Part shown: positions 39,095-51,519 of the stretch, piece after piece
Numbering within the stretch: position 1 is the first letter of the stretch
Layout: each line of letters begins with the position of its first letter
DNA from: Octopus sinensis
Taxonomy: Eukaryota
Direction of reading: 5' to 3'
Assembly (NCBI RefSeq): GCF_006345805.1
Contig: NC_042998.1
Span: 181,660,001-181,724,000 of the forward strand
Length of the DNA stretch: 64,000 nucleotides
The notes under the pieces: generated by a model
Databases searched by the model: none
What the model was told of the DNA's origin: nothing
What the model saw: the letters and a program-made list of their open reading frames with translations, nothing else
Made by a program: the position numbers and the translations under genes

Positions 39095-40090
39095 ACAGAA
39101 TTAAAGAATCGAAACAGTTACATACTAACAATGATACTACCTTTGACCCTGTCCCTTCCCCTATTCCCAGATCTTGGTATAGTAACAAGTAGTAATATAT
39201 CCTCTCTGCAACAGATGGCCCTGTATCTATTTAGAAGAAATCACTCCTGTTATTGTTAGTAACTGTCTTGATTCTTTAATTCTAACCTTTTTCATTGTAA
39301 TTAACAGGTATATATCTCCTGTGTTGTGTACAGTATTGTTTTGTTGTTTGTGACTAGATTAATTCTACTAGCTTATTATTGTCTCTATTTTTTATTATAG
39401 TTTCATTTATAATAATGTTTTTTGTGTGTTGTATTACAGTGTGGAGGAGTTCTTGTTAGAATGTGTGTGTTGTGTAAGTTATATAGTTAGTGTTGAGAGT
39501 GACCTTCAAAACATATGTACTGTGCCAAGTTATGCTATTTTCTGGATTGTGTGCAGTGTTGTGAGACGTGGTATTGTGCTTAACTGTTTTCTTATATTCT
39601 TTTTCATTATTCTTAATTCACACCAATCAGTATTTTTTCTTCTTTTTTTGTATGCTCCTTCAAAGTATTCTCTGTGCAATTTGTCCTGAGTTATTTGTCA
39701 GTTTGGACAATTATGTCTCAGAATTCTACTTCTAGCTTTGCCATATGCTTAATCTTGAGTGGTAGATTTAATCTGTCACCTAATTTAAAGTGACTATCTG
39801 GTCCTTTGGGTGTCATTAGTGAAGTCCACAACATATAAGCACTTAGGCTAAGTCATTGGTGTGAGAATCCATTCTTCTTACCTTTCTTCTTATTAATTTC
39901 AGAAGTGTTATAAAGGGCCGTGAGAACTACTATTTCTCCTGATTAAGCAATTATGTGTGTGTTTTGTTATACCTGTCAGAAAGAAAAGAGTACTGTATGC
40001 CACTTTAGAGATTAATAATATTTCATTTTGGATGAGTCAGTATATTGCTAATGAGTTTTACAGCAAGAGACTAACTTGAGCAAAATAAAA
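38679..40090. repeat. Long inverted repeat: arms 38679-38948 and 39819-40090
   Basis: Manual alignment gives about 12 substitutions and one 2-nt indel over about 272 nt. Confidence 0.95.
39480..39640 (-). mobile_element. R4/Dong-like non-LTR C-terminal fragment
   Basis: Minus translation MKKNIRKQLSTIPRLTTLHTIQKIA*LGTVH resembles the QK.aLLGTahIL end of RLE-type elements. Confidence 0.5.
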
Positions 40091-40091
40091 T

Positions 40092-40153
<62 letters not shown>

Positions 40154-40163
40154 ATATACATAC

Positions 40164-40256
40164 TTTAAAAGCAGCAGAAATTTAACAAAAGCTGTTACTC
40201 GGAGTTTCACGTTCCCTTTCGTCGGACAGTTTTGCTAAATTTATGCTGCTTTTAAA
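40164..40256 (-). ncRNA. Type I hammerhead ribozyme motif with ~30-bp stem I, flanked by (TA)n
   Basis: Minus strand ...aaaactgt-CCGACGA-aag(ggaa)cgt-GAAA-ctc(c)gag-TA-acagctttt... The arms 40164-40195 and 40226-40256 are complementary. Confidence 0.72.
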
Positions 40257-40260
40257 TAAA

Positions 40261-40308
<48 letters not shown>

Positions 40309-40311
<3 letters not shown>

Positions 40312-40685
40312 CTTAGGCATGGCTGTGGTCTCAGGTTCAGTCCCACTTGAACAAGTGTCTTCTACTATGACCCTGGGCCATCCAAAGCCTTGTGAATGGA
40401 TCTGGTTAGCAGGAACTGGAAAATGGCTGTCATGTGCTTGTGATGTGTGTTTTTGTGTATCCTTGTCTTGACATCATGTGATGGTTGTAACATGAGTATT
40501 ACTGTCATACAAGTGATGCTGTTCGTTCCATGAAGAACATGTCCGGCTATGGGAAATGTTATCCTGCTTGGAGTGGGGTTGGCAACAGGAAGGGCATACT
40601 TCTGAAGGAAATCTGTCACAGTGAATTCTATATGAATCATGCAAACATGGAAATGTGAATATTTAATAATGATGAACAGAATGAT
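40309..40685 (+). mobile_element. SINE with family B head and RTE-type tail
   Basis: ggcatggctgtgg...ggttcagtccc head and gggttggcaacaggaagggcat tail, similar to 28060-28440. Confidence 0.65.
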
Positions 40686-40959
40686 GACAATATATGTTTG
40701 TACCACTTATATCTTTATATATCTCAACCTACTTGGTCATGCCTATGAATATATTCCAACTTTGCAAAGACTAGAAATGTGGAAATAAAACAGTCTTTTC
40801 TTTCTTAATGCTATCTGTACTGTCTGCTGCTGAAACTAGGATCCATCAGTACACCCATGGAAAATCCATGGATATTTCAGTTTTGTAGTTAATTATTTGC
40901 AGGAAACTGTAATGAAAGGAATTACCTGGATATTATATATATCCTGAAATGATAGTAAG

Positions 40960-42896
40960 ATCACTTCAAAGCCGTGTTGAACTCCACCTCAGTCACTAAT
41001 GATGACATCATAATGTCTACTCCACAGCATGCTAAAATACCGGAATTGTCTCTGGAGCCAACCTTCCTGAAAGTGGTAAACTCTTTTGAACAGATCTCTT
41101 CTGGTAAAGCACCTGGCGGGGATGCTGTTCCTTCTGAAATCTACAAGCATGGCAGACAAGCTTTTTAAGAAATTGCATGACCTCTTCATAAATATTTGGA
41201 TGGTAGACTGTGTACCACAGGACTTCAAGGATGCCTCAATTCAATATCTTTATAAGAAGAAAGGAAACAGAGGTGTCTGTGATAACCATTGTAGGATATC
41301 ACTTTTATCTTATGCTAGTAAGATTCTTGCTCAACTCCTTCTTGACAGGATCATCAACATATCGTAAATGATATCTATCCAGAATCACATGCTGATTTCG
41401 CTCTGGTCATGGCACTATTGACATGATCTTTTCCTTTCAACAGGTCAGGGAGAAGGTACATGAGGAAAATCAAGAGTTGTTCATGACATTCATTGACCTT
41501 ACTAAGGCCTTCAACACTGTCAACTGGCAAGCACTATGGAAAGTTCTGGAAAAGCTTGGTGTACCTGACAAGATGTTGAATGTTATCATCTCCTTTCATG
41601 AGAGAATGAAGGCTGCTGTCATGTCCGGAGGGGGATCTTCAGCTTCCTTTAATATTACAAATGGCACAAAGCAAGGTTGTGTTTTGGCCTCTGTTTTGTT
41701 TGCACTCTTTTCAGTGATGCTGAGTTATGCTTTTGACAACATACAAAGTGGTGTCAAATTCCAGTTTCGAACAAGTGGTGACTATTCAATCATCAGCGTT
41801 TCAAAGTCAGAACACTGCTACGCACCAGTACCATTTGTGATCTACATTTTGCAGATGATGCTGCACTAGTAGTGACTTCCTTAGAGGAAGCTCAGGAACT
41901 TCTAGACCAGTTTTCTGTTGCATGTAAAGCCTTTGGTTTGACCAGCAGCATAAAGAAGATGGAAGTAAGCCACCAACCTTGCTCTATTCCTAAACAAATT
42001 GGAGATGCCAAGCAGAGGCCACTGGTTCACAATTTTCCTGACACTCCTATACAGGTTGATGGGATAAACCTAAATTATGTGAAGTGAAGTCATTTACATA
42101 TTTTGGAATTAAAGTGAATTCAAGTGCTTCCCTTGATGAGGAAATCGTCTGCCATCTTGCAAAGGTCACCAATGCCTTTGGCAAATTCCATCATCACCTG
42201 TGGAATGAAAGGGGCATCAAACTTGACACCAAAGTACAGGTCATTAAAGATCCATTCTTACTGCTCTCTTGTATACCTGAGAATTGTGGATACTCTATAG
42301 ACAACACATTAACCAACTAGACATCTTCCACAAAGGCTGCCTGAGGAGAATCTGTAGTTATTCACTAAAAGACAGAGTTTCTAATGCCAGCCTGTTTAGC
42401 AAGTGTAAGATTGGTGGAATCGAGAGCTTCTTTATACAATCACAATTGTGCTGTGAACTGGCCATGTCATTAGAATGAGTGACAAAAGAATACCCAAAGT
42501 CCTCATATACAGCCAGCTTGATAGTGGGCACAGGAATGTTGGTCGACCATGGCTTAGATATAAGAACAAGCTGAAGAGTAACCTCTTAGCAATGAAGATA
42601 GCTCACAACACCTTTGAGCAAACAGCCTTGGAGCGAACAAAATGGAAATCGTTGTGTCAAAATTGTATTAGAAACTTTGTTGCAACCAGCATTAACAGAC
42701 TTTGGAGTGCAAGGCAAAGGAGAAAAAGCGGCTGCAAATATACGACCTATAATCCTCATACTTGTAGGATCTGTGGGCTTTTTTGCAAATCATTGGCAGG
42801 ACTTAAATGTCACATTCAACATAAGCATTATTACTGACAAAGAAAGAGTAGGTTGTCAGATCTTCATATGTTGAAACCGACAGAAGAGTCCATCAT
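40960..42896 (+). mobile_element. RTE (BovB-like) LINE, 5'-truncated and frameshifted, with C-terminal C2H2 finger
   Basis: GKAPGGDAVPSEIYK, FIDLTKAFNTV, GTKQGCVLA, FADDAAL (about 41847), FTYFG and CRICGLFCKSLAGLKCHIQHKH. Confidence 0.93.
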
Positions 42897-43105
42897 GTGA
42901 CCACATGTGTATCATTGATGATTTTTTTTTTCCTCCATCTTCCCTTCCTTGGATCTTTCCTTTTTCTATGTTTCTGATGAAGAGCTCCACTCGAAACGTT
43001 AAATACTCTTTCTTTCTTTCCTTTCCTGAGCGTCCAATACACTATACTTGTTCCACGTCCTCATGTTGTTGTGTTTTCTCTTTGTGTTTTCATGTTTGGA
43101 TTAAC
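42897..43105 (+). mobile_element. Penelope-like pseudo-LTR fragment with hammerhead
   Basis: Second copy of 7601-7800, followed by (TA)n. Confidence 0.65.
42969..43005 (+). ncRNA. Minimal type I hammerhead ribozyme motif (canonical CUGAUGA core)
   Basis: TGTTT-CTGATGA-A-GAG(ctcca)CTC-GAAA-CG-TT-AAATA. Confidence 0.75.
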
Positions 43106-44282
43106 TATATATATATACACACCCGTATATATATCTATATATATATATATATGTATATATACACGCACACACCTCTATATAAAGTAATGAAATATGCATA
43201 CCAATACATATAAAACTACAAGGCATAACCAGCATTACAGAAGTATTATATTCATTAAAGTCTTATAGTAACAGGGAATTCTATTATGTGAAGCCTATTT
43301 TTCCATTCATGCTTGTGTCACATGAATATTGTGACATAGACATCAGTGAGAAATAGGTTTTGCATTGTGAAATTCCACATTACTGCTAGATTTTTCAAGA
43401 CTACAATGCTTCCACAACATGAGATATGCCTGCTTTTATGTATTGTTTATGAATGGACAAATAGATTTATGTGCATTTATACGCAGTAAATGACCTGTTA
43501 ATGTTTCCACGAAATACAGAGATAGTGAAAGTATCATACTCAACTATAGAAACATCAAGAGAGTGAAAGCACCATTGCGGATAAACAAAAAAATTATTCT
43601 TTTACTTACACACACACAAACATATATTACAATCTATATATGGTCATTTAAAACATATGTACATTTCCACTTTATATTCAGTTAATTAAACAGTTTGTTA
43701 CTTCCTAGGAAATACCGTATTTTCTGCCATACAAGTCGATGTAGTATATATAGTATAAACATGTAGAGTAAGCATTTTGGTTAACATGCAGTTTACCATT
43801 GTAACATAGTGTAAGTATATTGTTCTTAGGAATTTTTGTTTTATAGAAATTGGAAGTGACAACAGAAACATCCCATAATTTCATATAAGCACTATGTGAT
43901 ATACCAATGTATCCATACATAAATGCACATATAATTGATATAACATGAAGACCATACATGTATATTTTATATAAGATGAAAACAATCACATTTACAGGAA
44001 AACATAACAGTCATTGATGCATGAAATGAGATTTGCAAATAGTTTTTCGCGATTTCTAAATTTATTTCACCACACCTGCTAATGAAGATATGATGTAAAT
44101 AAATCATTACAATTCCCACACCGTTGCCTAATTTACTTCTTGGCAAGCATCCATTACCTTCCTATAGTCTGTGTATGGATGCTGTCATCATCTGGATCAA
44201 CAAAACTGAGTGAATGGTTGACAACTTATGAGTATAAAAGTTGCCAAGACCTGCATGGAAAGCCCACCCACCAGATACATAA

Positions 44283-44530
44283 CATCATCATCATCATCTT
44301 CGTTTAGCGTCCGCTTTCCATGCTAGCATGGGTTGGATGGTTCAACTGGGGTCTGGGAAGCCAGAAGGCTGCACCAGGCCCAGTCTGATCTGGCAATGTT
44401 TCTACGGCTGGATGCCCTTCCTAACGCCAACCACTCCGTGAGTGTAGTGGGTGCTTTTTACGTGCCACCGGCACAGGTGCCAGACAAGGCTGGCAAACGG
44501 CCACGATCGGATGGTGCTTTTTACGTGCCA
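44283..44530 (-). mobile_element. Family A element
   Basis: Highly similar to 49242-49503 and 15402-15625. Confidence 0.88.
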
Positions 44531-46134
44531 TGAAATTTTAGTATATCACTGTCATCATTGCAATATACTATCATTTTTTAAGAACAATTTGCTTTCACTA
44601 TTTTATGACAGTAAATTGCATGTGAGCCAACATTTCAAACATCATCATTATCTTTCTAAATCCTGCCACATTTCATATGCAATTTCTAGTTCTTCCAACA
44701 TCATTGTGGTGTATAAGCTGATCTACATATTTGTGATTATAAATCTTGGCCTAAAAAATTTGACTTGGTATGCTGGAAAATATGATAGAGGGATTGTAAC
44801 TCAACAACCAATCATTTTGCTAGGCTACTTGGCTATTTACTATACAAAAGCTTTAGTAAATTTTTGAAGTTCCTCTTTCATTTTATTTTTAGTTTCATTT
44901 TTGAAACTTATCTTGTGTTAACCTGCATTTTCTACTCAGCATACACAGCTTATATTTCCTATTTCATATGGCCATACATACATTCATACATGTGTATATA
45001 GGCATAAATGTTTATTTCCTAATTGTATCCAAACTTGCATACACTACTACATCTGTATGTATATAAAAGTTTTTTTTTATATTCTTTTATATTGGGCTTT
45101 CTGATCACTTTGTAATAATTCTTCATGTTGTATATATAATATACATGAGTATACGATATGTATCTGTTAAAGCTTTCAGATAATGATATCTGTTTGCAAT
45201 TTTTAGCTTTCTTGTTTTTCCATTTTCAATATATTATATTGAAACTTTTGTTTATGACAGTAATTTATATTTATATTAATTTGACTAAACTGCTTTGTGA
45301 TATTTACTTACACATCTCTGCATACTGAATTCAAATCCCATTGAGGTTTAGGTTACTTTCATTACTGCATTGATGTTAACATAATTAGTGATAATGAACT
45401 CAGGTTGCTTCAGTTGACTATAGCCCCTCCCTACAAATGTATGGGCCGTATGCCAAAGTTAGAAGCAGTTTTTGTTATTTTTGCTGTCATTATTTTTATT
45501 AAGCTGCTTGTTCTAAGGATGAACATTTTGAAATACAACCTCTGTCATTTTCAAATATTCACTCTCAACTAATCATGTCAACAAGCTATTATGTAATTTT
45601 CTCCGCATCTCCCTCCTATTATCAGGGCCTAACAATCCATGTATTATTGAAATGTTGTTTAGTATTATAAGTCATCATAATCTGTAGACTTCAGCTTACA
45701 TTTGTACCATGCATGATGATGAGCACAATCCATACCCTGCTCCATATCAGTGTCCTAAGTTCATCAGTAGTCACAACACAACTGTCCTTTAATAATGTCA
45801 TTTGTGGTTCATTCCCTAATGGTTCCCATTAGTGATAGGATTTGATTACTACATGGTTCAAGTCTTAAAATAATGTTTTTTAATATCATTTACATTCAGA
45901 GACTTGTGTGGCAAGAAGCTATTAAGTATCTGCCAGATTGTGCTGGCAAGCTAGAGCCATCTTCATATTATTTTCTTGGTCAACTGAAGGAGCTTGCCAT
46001 AATTCATTTATAATTAAATCTATACAGAAAATGTACAAAGAAAATGTCACATCTGATTTTTTCATTAAATAAACTGAATTGATACACTAGCTTGAGACCC
46101 TTGTTTTCCCTAGATAGTGGCTAGTGCAAATATT

Positions 46135-46323
46135 GCACATAAAAAGCACCCTATACACTCTGTAAAGTGGTTGGTGTTAGGAAAGGCATCCAGCTGTAGA
46201 AACCATGCCAAAGCAGACATTGGAACATAAAACAGTCTTTCAAACCATTGGATCCTCTCAAACGATCCAACCAATGCTGGCATGGAAGACAGGCATTAAA
46301 AAAATGATGATGATGATGATGAC
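46135..46323 (+). mobile_element. Family A-like tail
   Basis: aaaaagcacc...gttaggaaaggcatccagctgtagaaaccatgcc...(atg)n. Confidence 0.8.
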
Positions 46324-47390
46324 AACGACAACTCATAAAAAATAGCTCAATAGATATGATTTATTTTAGAGCCATAATGAATTTTAGAGAGGAGAAGTGA
46401 AGTTGTAGTATTAGAGATAGAAATGAAATAAATGGTTGCAATTGGAAACCAAATTGAATCACAAATTTAATTTTCTACTCTATATTGCTCGTCATTTTAA
46501 ATCATGCCATGATATATAGCATATAATTTTGTTATTTCACATCATTATGCATTCATACATATCAACTGAGACAGTGAAGGAGCATTTACAATGTTGCTCA
46601 ATCTACTAGAAGTAGCAGTAAAATCTTCCTCAAATCATACCTTATTGTCATATAAAAGACAGGCTGGTCACGGCTGGAATGCCTTTAATCATAGGTCTTC
46701 TCAATCAGTGCTGACTCGAAGCAAACAACTTCAACCTATCATTCATAATTACATATATATATATTTTTTTAACTGATAGAAAATTTATTCAGGAAAAATT
46801 ATTCAAATTTTGTCTCACCATTAGATGGTTATTCCTTTCTAATTTTTAGTTTTATTTGTTTATTAAAAAGGAATTGCTTTAGGAATAACAATAATGTGAG
46901 AAATAATTTGAAAGTAATAGTAATTCTGGTAGCAAGAAAATGAAATTAGCATGAAATTTTTATTTTATAAGAAATATATTTGACAAATTTTTTTTTAGCA
47001 GTTTTATTGATTCACTTCTAAATATCTTTGTCATTCTTTAGGAGTTATTAATTATTATTTCTTTTTTTATTTTATTTGATCAATTTGTGTAGTAATATCG
47101 CATCATATTACCTCCTTGTTATGAATGATGGTCTCTTTTCGCTGATGAAATTTGTTGTATATTCTATATGTAAATGATACGAAGTATATTCTGTGTATAA
47201 GTTGATTAGGCAGTGACTTGGTAGAGTTGTTAAAGGGTTGGATAGAATACGTTGTGGTATTTGTTTTAGCTTGCTGTACTCTGAGTTCAAATCCCATCAA
47301 AGTGAAGTTTGCTTTACATTATTTTGGAGCCAACTGTAGATTGGAGGGATTGGTAAAACATTTGAATGAGACGCCTTGTGGTTTTGTAAT

Positions 47391-47597
47391 CAACCCTTTT
47401 GTTATCGTATTTCTGTTGAGATGCTCTGTGTTTCTTTCAATTAATTTTAAATATAACAAAGAATTTAATAAAATAATTTAGTTATCATTAAGCTAGTGTT
47501 AGGAACATAAATTGTGGAAGATTTTAATGCAGAACTTTTGAAAACAAGACATTTGTACTACAAAGCCAGAGGCAGTTTCAGGCAGGTTGGTATCAAT
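47391..47597. mobile_element. TTAA-type MITE, copy of 12483-12707
   Basis: gagatgctctgtgtttctttc...aagctagtgttaggaacataaattgtg...ggttggtatc. Confidence 0.75.
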
Positions 47598-49241
47598 CCC
47601 AGCATTGTCAGAGTGGAAAATAAAGCCTTCAGGACCCAGTGAGATAATAGTGATAAGGATGTTTCAATTTGACCAGAATCTTGGTTTTAACAATTTGCAT
47701 AAATGCAGATTCTATTCTAAAGTAAAATAAACACTAGGACAGGAATATTCTGTACAGAAATTGTATAAGATTATTATAAAAACTGAGTCCCTGTCTTTAG
47801 AAGAGGTACATTGTATCCTTGTATGTCATGGAAGGTGACTAAAAGGATTGGCATCTTGCTATATAACACTGCTTCTGAAGTTCTCATTCATTTCATGTTA
47901 ACTTGAAAAGGTAAGCCAAAACATTACGAAGAAACACTAATCTGAGAGAGAAAAGGAATGAAAGTACTCACTAGATACATGGTTCAAGTTTTATCAGTAG
48001 GTTTATTCCTTTTCTCTTTTAAATTGATGCTTATAATGTTGAATATCTCAAATGTTAACCATTTGTAATATTCCATATGGTTCATGTATTTTAACAGAAA
48101 GCATACAATATCCATTATTTATAAATATTCGCTTCAGACAAAAATGCAGTATCTCTCTGTCCGTCAATCAGCCAGTCTAAGTATACAACTATCTCTGGCA
48201 GACATATGAGTAAAGTAAAAGCTACTAATTTCAATGAAGTGTAATGATATACTTGCTGGATCCTTCTAGTGAACATTATTCAGACTCATTTTAGAATTTA
48301 ATTTCTAATGGATATCTAAACTTGATATGGGAGGTTTCTGTGATTGAGATGTTCCTGACGGCATATACTAACACTGGTTGTTTATTTCCTGTTTTACTAC
48401 ATTAACAACAACAACAACAACCATAAATATTATTAAGCATTGGTGCCAAATGGTTGGAAAGATCAAGATCAAAATCAATTTTTATCTTTGTAACAACTTG
48501 TTTGATATTTGCTTAAGATTTTTTGTAAATCTATGAAGGAAAACTTAAATGCAACTCCATTTTGCACTTCACTTTGAGAAAATCATGCATTTCAATACAA
48601 CTAATTGCTCCAGATGTATTTCTTTTTATACCATAAATTACTTCTGCTCTCCACTTCCAACTATCATCTGAATAACTATGAGGGTTTTACCATGAAGATG
48701 AAACCTAGCAAAATATACCAAAGGGTACATAAAATAGATAGCAATGATATTATTATGTCTGTAAACTAACAGTAAACTAATAGTGTGCTGTATTAATCGT
48801 TAACAAAATGTGTAATTATTCTCTTCCGTGAAAACTTGTATTCAATTAAGAATATAAATTTCAATGCTAGAGTGGAGAATTATTTCACTGAGATTATAAC
48901 TATGTTTCTATCTGTAAAACTGTTATGATATTTAATGGTCTTAATTTCCCATTTCTGTCAGTATATGAAATGTTTATTATAGTCCACCAGGCTTAGTTGA
49001 GTCATGGAATTTAAACTGAGAGTATAAGAGTAATGTAGCAGAGTATAGATAAGTTTAAGATTGGTTATCCCTTTGAAATTCTGTATACTTATGACCTTGT
49101 TCTTACAGCTGAATCTGTAGAAGGTTCCAAGATGAATCTCCAGATTTAGAAGAAAAACTTAGATTCATGCAGGGTAAAAACCAAAGTTTTAGTAAATTCA
49201 AAATAAGACAGCAAATTCTGCTATCAGGGAAATAGCTGTAC

Positions 49242-49503
49242 TCATCATCATCATCATCATCATCATCATTTAGCGTCCGCTTTCCATGCTAGCATGGGTT
49301 GGACGGTTCAACTGGGGTCTGTGAAGCCAGAAGGCTGCATCAGGCCCAGTCTGATCTGGCAGTGTTTCTACGGCTGGATGGCCTTCCTAACGCCAACCAC
49401 TCCGTGAGTGTAGTGCGTGCTTTTTACGTGCCACCCGCACAGGTGCCAAACGGAGCTGGCAAACGGCCACGGACGGATGGTGCTTTTTACGTGCCACCGG
49501 CAC
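49242..49503 (-). mobile_element. Family A element
   Basis: (cat)n tail, conserved body and two units. Confidence 0.88.
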
Positions 49504-49970
49504 AATATGCTAAAAGGAAGAGCTGGTAGAAATACCATATTTACACTATGAACATGCAAGAGTTATAATGAGATCACCATTAGGACGGCAGAGAAGGTAG
49601 ATTTCATATATGACAGATACACAAAGTGGAGTCAGCAGTAAAAGTACACATGAAATAGATTCTTTCAAATATCCACAAAGTTCTCTAGACGTAGTTTATA
49701 GCTTTTTTTTTTTTTACCTAGGCAACCTAATTAGTGGGAATGAGTTCTAAAAGCATAGTAAACAATAAGAATGCATGAGAAAAGCTATTACTTCAGCAGT
49801 GGTAACAAGATGAGTCTCTATCTGATTGAAAGACAGATTTCATGATGCTGTATGGTAGAGAGGCATGGACTCTGAAGGGAAGGATTTGCAAAGGCTTAAA
49901 AGAAATAAAGTGAGGATGCTGTATGGGAGCACAAATGAGCCGAGGGAAAGCTAGATATAAAATAATCAAC

Positions 49971-50062
<92 letters not shown>

Positions 50063-51519
50063 ATGACCCTTTCTAGCACTCATTGTTGACATACATCACT
50101 TTTCCTTCCTTTCATTACTCCTTCTATCACCCTGCCTCCCACCAATCACTCCTCTTCTTTCATCGCACTACTCATACTGTTTTTCTAATTAATCTCCTTA
50201 CCAAGAACTAACATGTAACTGTCTATCAATGTCTCTCCTCCTTTACTTGCTCCTCTACTGCCCTCTCTCTCCTTTCACTCTGGTACTCTCTCTCTTTCAT
50301 CACTCTCCTCTTCACCTTTGCCATCCACCTTCAACAAACAGTGACAATATTGAGTAAAACAAACTTTTTACTCTTGCTGGTACCACAATAAAAATGCACT
50401 CAGTACACTGTGAAATGGTTGGCACTAGAAAGAATACCTAGCTGTAGAAACCATACCAAAATAAATGTACAAATAAGGAATTGGATCCAAGCCATCTAGG
50501 AAGGTAGTTACTCTATATAAGAGCTAAAATGGATTCTGGTGAACCCGGACTGCTTCCCAACATGAAAAGTAGATGTAAAATAGTGATAGTGGCAGCAGCA
50601 GCCGTTCAAGAATTTGGACCTGAAGATCTCCATTTCCAGCAACTTCGAGGGCCACCTGCTAGTGGTGTCGGGTGTCAACGGAGAGCCCTCGACTACAACA
50701 AGACAACCAAAGTTTTTTTTTTTCCAAGGTCTGGGGTCTCCCGCCCTTAAGCCCTAGACCATCACCTAATCACCCTTACCCGTCTTGTTGCTTAACCACA
50801 ATAACAACAACAACAAAGCAGCAGTAGCAGTAGTAGTAGTAGTAGTAGCAGTAGCAGCAGTAGTGGTGGTGACGGCAGTGGTGGTAGTGAAGAAATAGTT
50901 TAGTGGCTAAATTGCTGGACTTACCCTTTCCCCACAACAATTCAAAATATTTTTTTTCTAAAAAATCATCACAATCTGCAAAAATTGAATAAGTGCCAAT
51001 CCCCTGAGTAAAGCTATTGATTCATATCCCATTACCAGTATTGTAATGTGTCCCTGTAAATATATACCATGTAATCAGTTGGAGGAAGGTATTGTAATAT
51101 TGATAAGTATTTGTTAGTTTGCATAATCTCTGCAGTCATTATCTCCTATTTGAATATGCCTAATACCAATTATCTAAAATTCAAAAACAAAAAAAGCACA
51201 TTTTTCTCTATTTCATAGATGAGATGCTTGAAGTTGTTTAATTCCTAGAATTTATATGCATATTAACTGATTTTTATTTTATTCCAAACTATAAATTTAG
51301 TGTTTTCTTTTAATGAACTTTATTCATTTTCCATGCTTGAGTATGTCGAATTGTTATATGTTATATAACTGGATGCCTTACCTGTTAGTCGCTCAGGAGC
51401 GTTTATTATGTCCGCTCAACCAAAACTGGAATAATCAATGTTGTGTGTACTTCATCTCACAGTATCTTCATCACACTCATTGTGTCTCTTTGAGCAAGGA
51501 TTTAGAAAACCTAAATAGA

